Part shown: positions 33,119-34,800 of the stretch, one piece after another
How the letters are laid out: each line of letters begins with the position of its first letter
Numbering within the stretch: the first letter of the stretch is position 1
Assembly: GCF_006345805.1 (NCBI RefSeq)
Contig: NW_021829943.1
Span: 1-34,800 of the forward strand
Source: Octopus sinensis
Lineage: Eukaryota
Reading direction: 5' to 3'
Length of the DNA: 34,800 bases
Notes under the pieces: model-generated
What the model was told of the DNA's origin: nothing
Database searches by the model: none
The model's input: the letters and a program-made list of their open reading frames with translations, nothing else
Program-made: the position numbers and the translations under genes

Positions 33119-34440
33119 AGAGAGAAAGAAAAAGAAAGAGAAAAAAGAAGAGAGGAAGAGAAAAATAGAAGAAAGAAAAGAAAATATAGAGAGAACTATA
33201 GAGAAGACGAAAAGAGAAAAGAAACAGAGAAAGAGAGAGAGAAAAAAAGAGAGAAAAGATAAAGAGAATGAGATTGGAAAAAGAAAACGAGAGAGAAAAG
33301 AAAGAGAGAAATGAATGAGTGGGAGAGAGGAAGAAGGATAAAAATAAAACGAGAGGGAGAAAGAAGGAGAGAAAAGCGAGAAAAGAAAGAGAGAAAAGAA
33401 AGAGAGAGAGAAAAAGAAACAAGAGGAAGAAAGAGATGAAGAAGGGGGGGGGAGAAAGAGAGAAAAGAAAGAGAGAAAAGAAAGAGAGAAAAGAAAGAGA
33501 GAGAGAGAGAAAAAAAGAGAGAAAAGAAAGAGAGAGAGAAAAGACAATGAGGAAATGAGAGAGAAAGAGAGAATAGACAAAGAAAACGAGCGAAAGAGTG
33601 AAAAGAAAAAGATAGAGAGAGATAGGGAGAAGGAAAAGCAGAAAATAAAAAGAGAGAGAAAAGAAGCAGAGAGGGAGAGAGCGAGAATAGAAAAAGAGGA
33701 AGAGAGAAAGATGGAAGGTAAGAGAAGAAAAAGGGACTGAGAGAAATAAAGAGAGAAAAAGGGAGAGAGAGAGAGAGAGGAAGAAAGAGGAAAAACAAAC
33801 AGTGAAAGAGAGAGAAATGAGAAAGAGATGGATAACGAGACGAAAAAGGGATAAAGAGAATGAGAGAAAAGAAAGAGGGAGAAAGAGAGAAAAGAAAGGG
33901 AGAAGGCAGGAGAGGAGAGAAAAGAAAGAGGGAGAAAGAGAGAAAAGAAAGTGAGAAGGCAAGAGAGGAGAGAAAAGAAAGGGAGAAAGAGAGAAAAGAA
34001 AGTGAGAAGGCAAGAGAGGAGAGAAAAGAAAGAGGGAGAAGAGAGAAAAGAAAGTGAGAAGGCAAGAGAGGAGAGAAAGAAAAAAGTAAGTCCCTTAAAG
34101 GGAGAAAAGGAAAAGAGGGAAAGAAAAGAAAAAGGAAATGACAAAGAGACAGAGAAAGAGAGGGAGAGGGAGGAAGAGAGAAAAAGAGAAGAGAAAAATT
34201 GCCAGAGAAAAGAGATAACAGAGAGAAAGAGGAAGAGAGAGACAAAGAGAGAAAGAGGGGGAAAAAAGGAGAGAGATAAAGAAGAGAGAAAAGTAAAGCA
34301 GGAGAGAAAGTGATAAAAGAAAAGAGAGATAAAAAGAGAGGAAGGAAAGAAAGAGAAAGAGAGAACAAATACTAAGAGACATAGAGAGAGAGAAAGATAG
34401 AAAGGAAAATGTGAGAGAGAGAGGAAAAGAAAAGAGAAAA
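33119..34440. repeat. 1.3-kb polypurine (GA-rich) low-complexity tract with internal tandem units
   Basis: Almost entirely A/G; the unit gagagaaaagaaagtgagaaggcaagagag recurs at about 33900-34080. Confidence 0.95.
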
Positions 34441-34489
34441 GCGTTTCTACATATTCACTGAAACCACGGGTCTCCCATAAATATGAAAG

Positions 34490-34800
34490 AATTTGCCTCG
34501 GCTACTCTAGCAATAACATCCCCACGTCATCCAACGAACTATACACCCGTATGCAGCTGGAAAAGCTATTGGACGTGATTAGGCGTATGAGGCGAAGGGC
34601 TTTTCTACCCTCCATATTTAGAAGAGGTCTTAGGCCAACAGGTTTTGGGGTCTAATGATACGCCATGAAGCTAAATCCTTTTTGGACCGGAGACCAAGGG
34701 TAATCCCGGAAACTGGCCTTCCCCGGTTTTAAAATATACACTGCTCTACATCTTAGAGTGTGCTTCTTCTCCGGATTTATCTTTTCTGCAAACAAAACAA
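34490..34800 (+). mobile_element. Penelope-like element ORF N-terminal remnant
   Basis: LGYSSNNIPTSSNELYTRMQLEKLLDVIRRMRRRAF resembles the PLE N-terminal pattern YS.KNIP......Y...LIEK....IKRMRWKAF; downstream stops. Confidence 0.5.

Noticed and set aside
33017-34382. 300-390 aa F/L/S-rich and E/K/R-rich ORFs
   Set aside because: Products of the GA-rich tract, which lacks stop codons by composition.

Overview
AT-rich, repeat-dense eukaryotic (metazoan) genomic DNA. The tRNA-derived SINEs, RTE LINEs with (GAT)n tails and dense microsatellites resemble a coleoid cephalopod (Octopus-like) genome; this is inference, not a database match. Most ORFs in the track are microsatellite or low-complexity artefacts. 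Real host-gene signal is a small cluster of spliced, paralogous gene pieces: (i) a minus-strand ankyrin-repeat gene (exons 2553-2469 and 1670-1519, GT-AG in compatible phases); (ii) an inverted plus-strand paralog exon (31301-31380) whose flanking introns are far better conserved than the exon; (iii) a minus-strand terminal death-domain exon (13185-12980) with a downstream AATAAA; (iv) two homologous 5'-exon/promoter-like blocks (about 6750-7830 and 17050-17600), one with a 20-bp piece amplified into a 28-copy, two-variant minisatellite. The rest is transposable-element debris: a 5'-truncated RTE LINE with a PHD-like C4HC3 finger in ORF2, an RTE insertion with a twin-priming-like inversion, a Hero-type RLE LINE, three Penelope-like remnants, a Helitron helicase remnant, a Tc1/Tc3-like remnant, hairpin MITEs, a 1.77-kb foldback element with a perfect 8-bp TSD, an 826-bp near-perfect palindrome and many SINEs. 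There is no rRNA, bona fide tRNA or CRISPR array. All identities quoted are manual counts.
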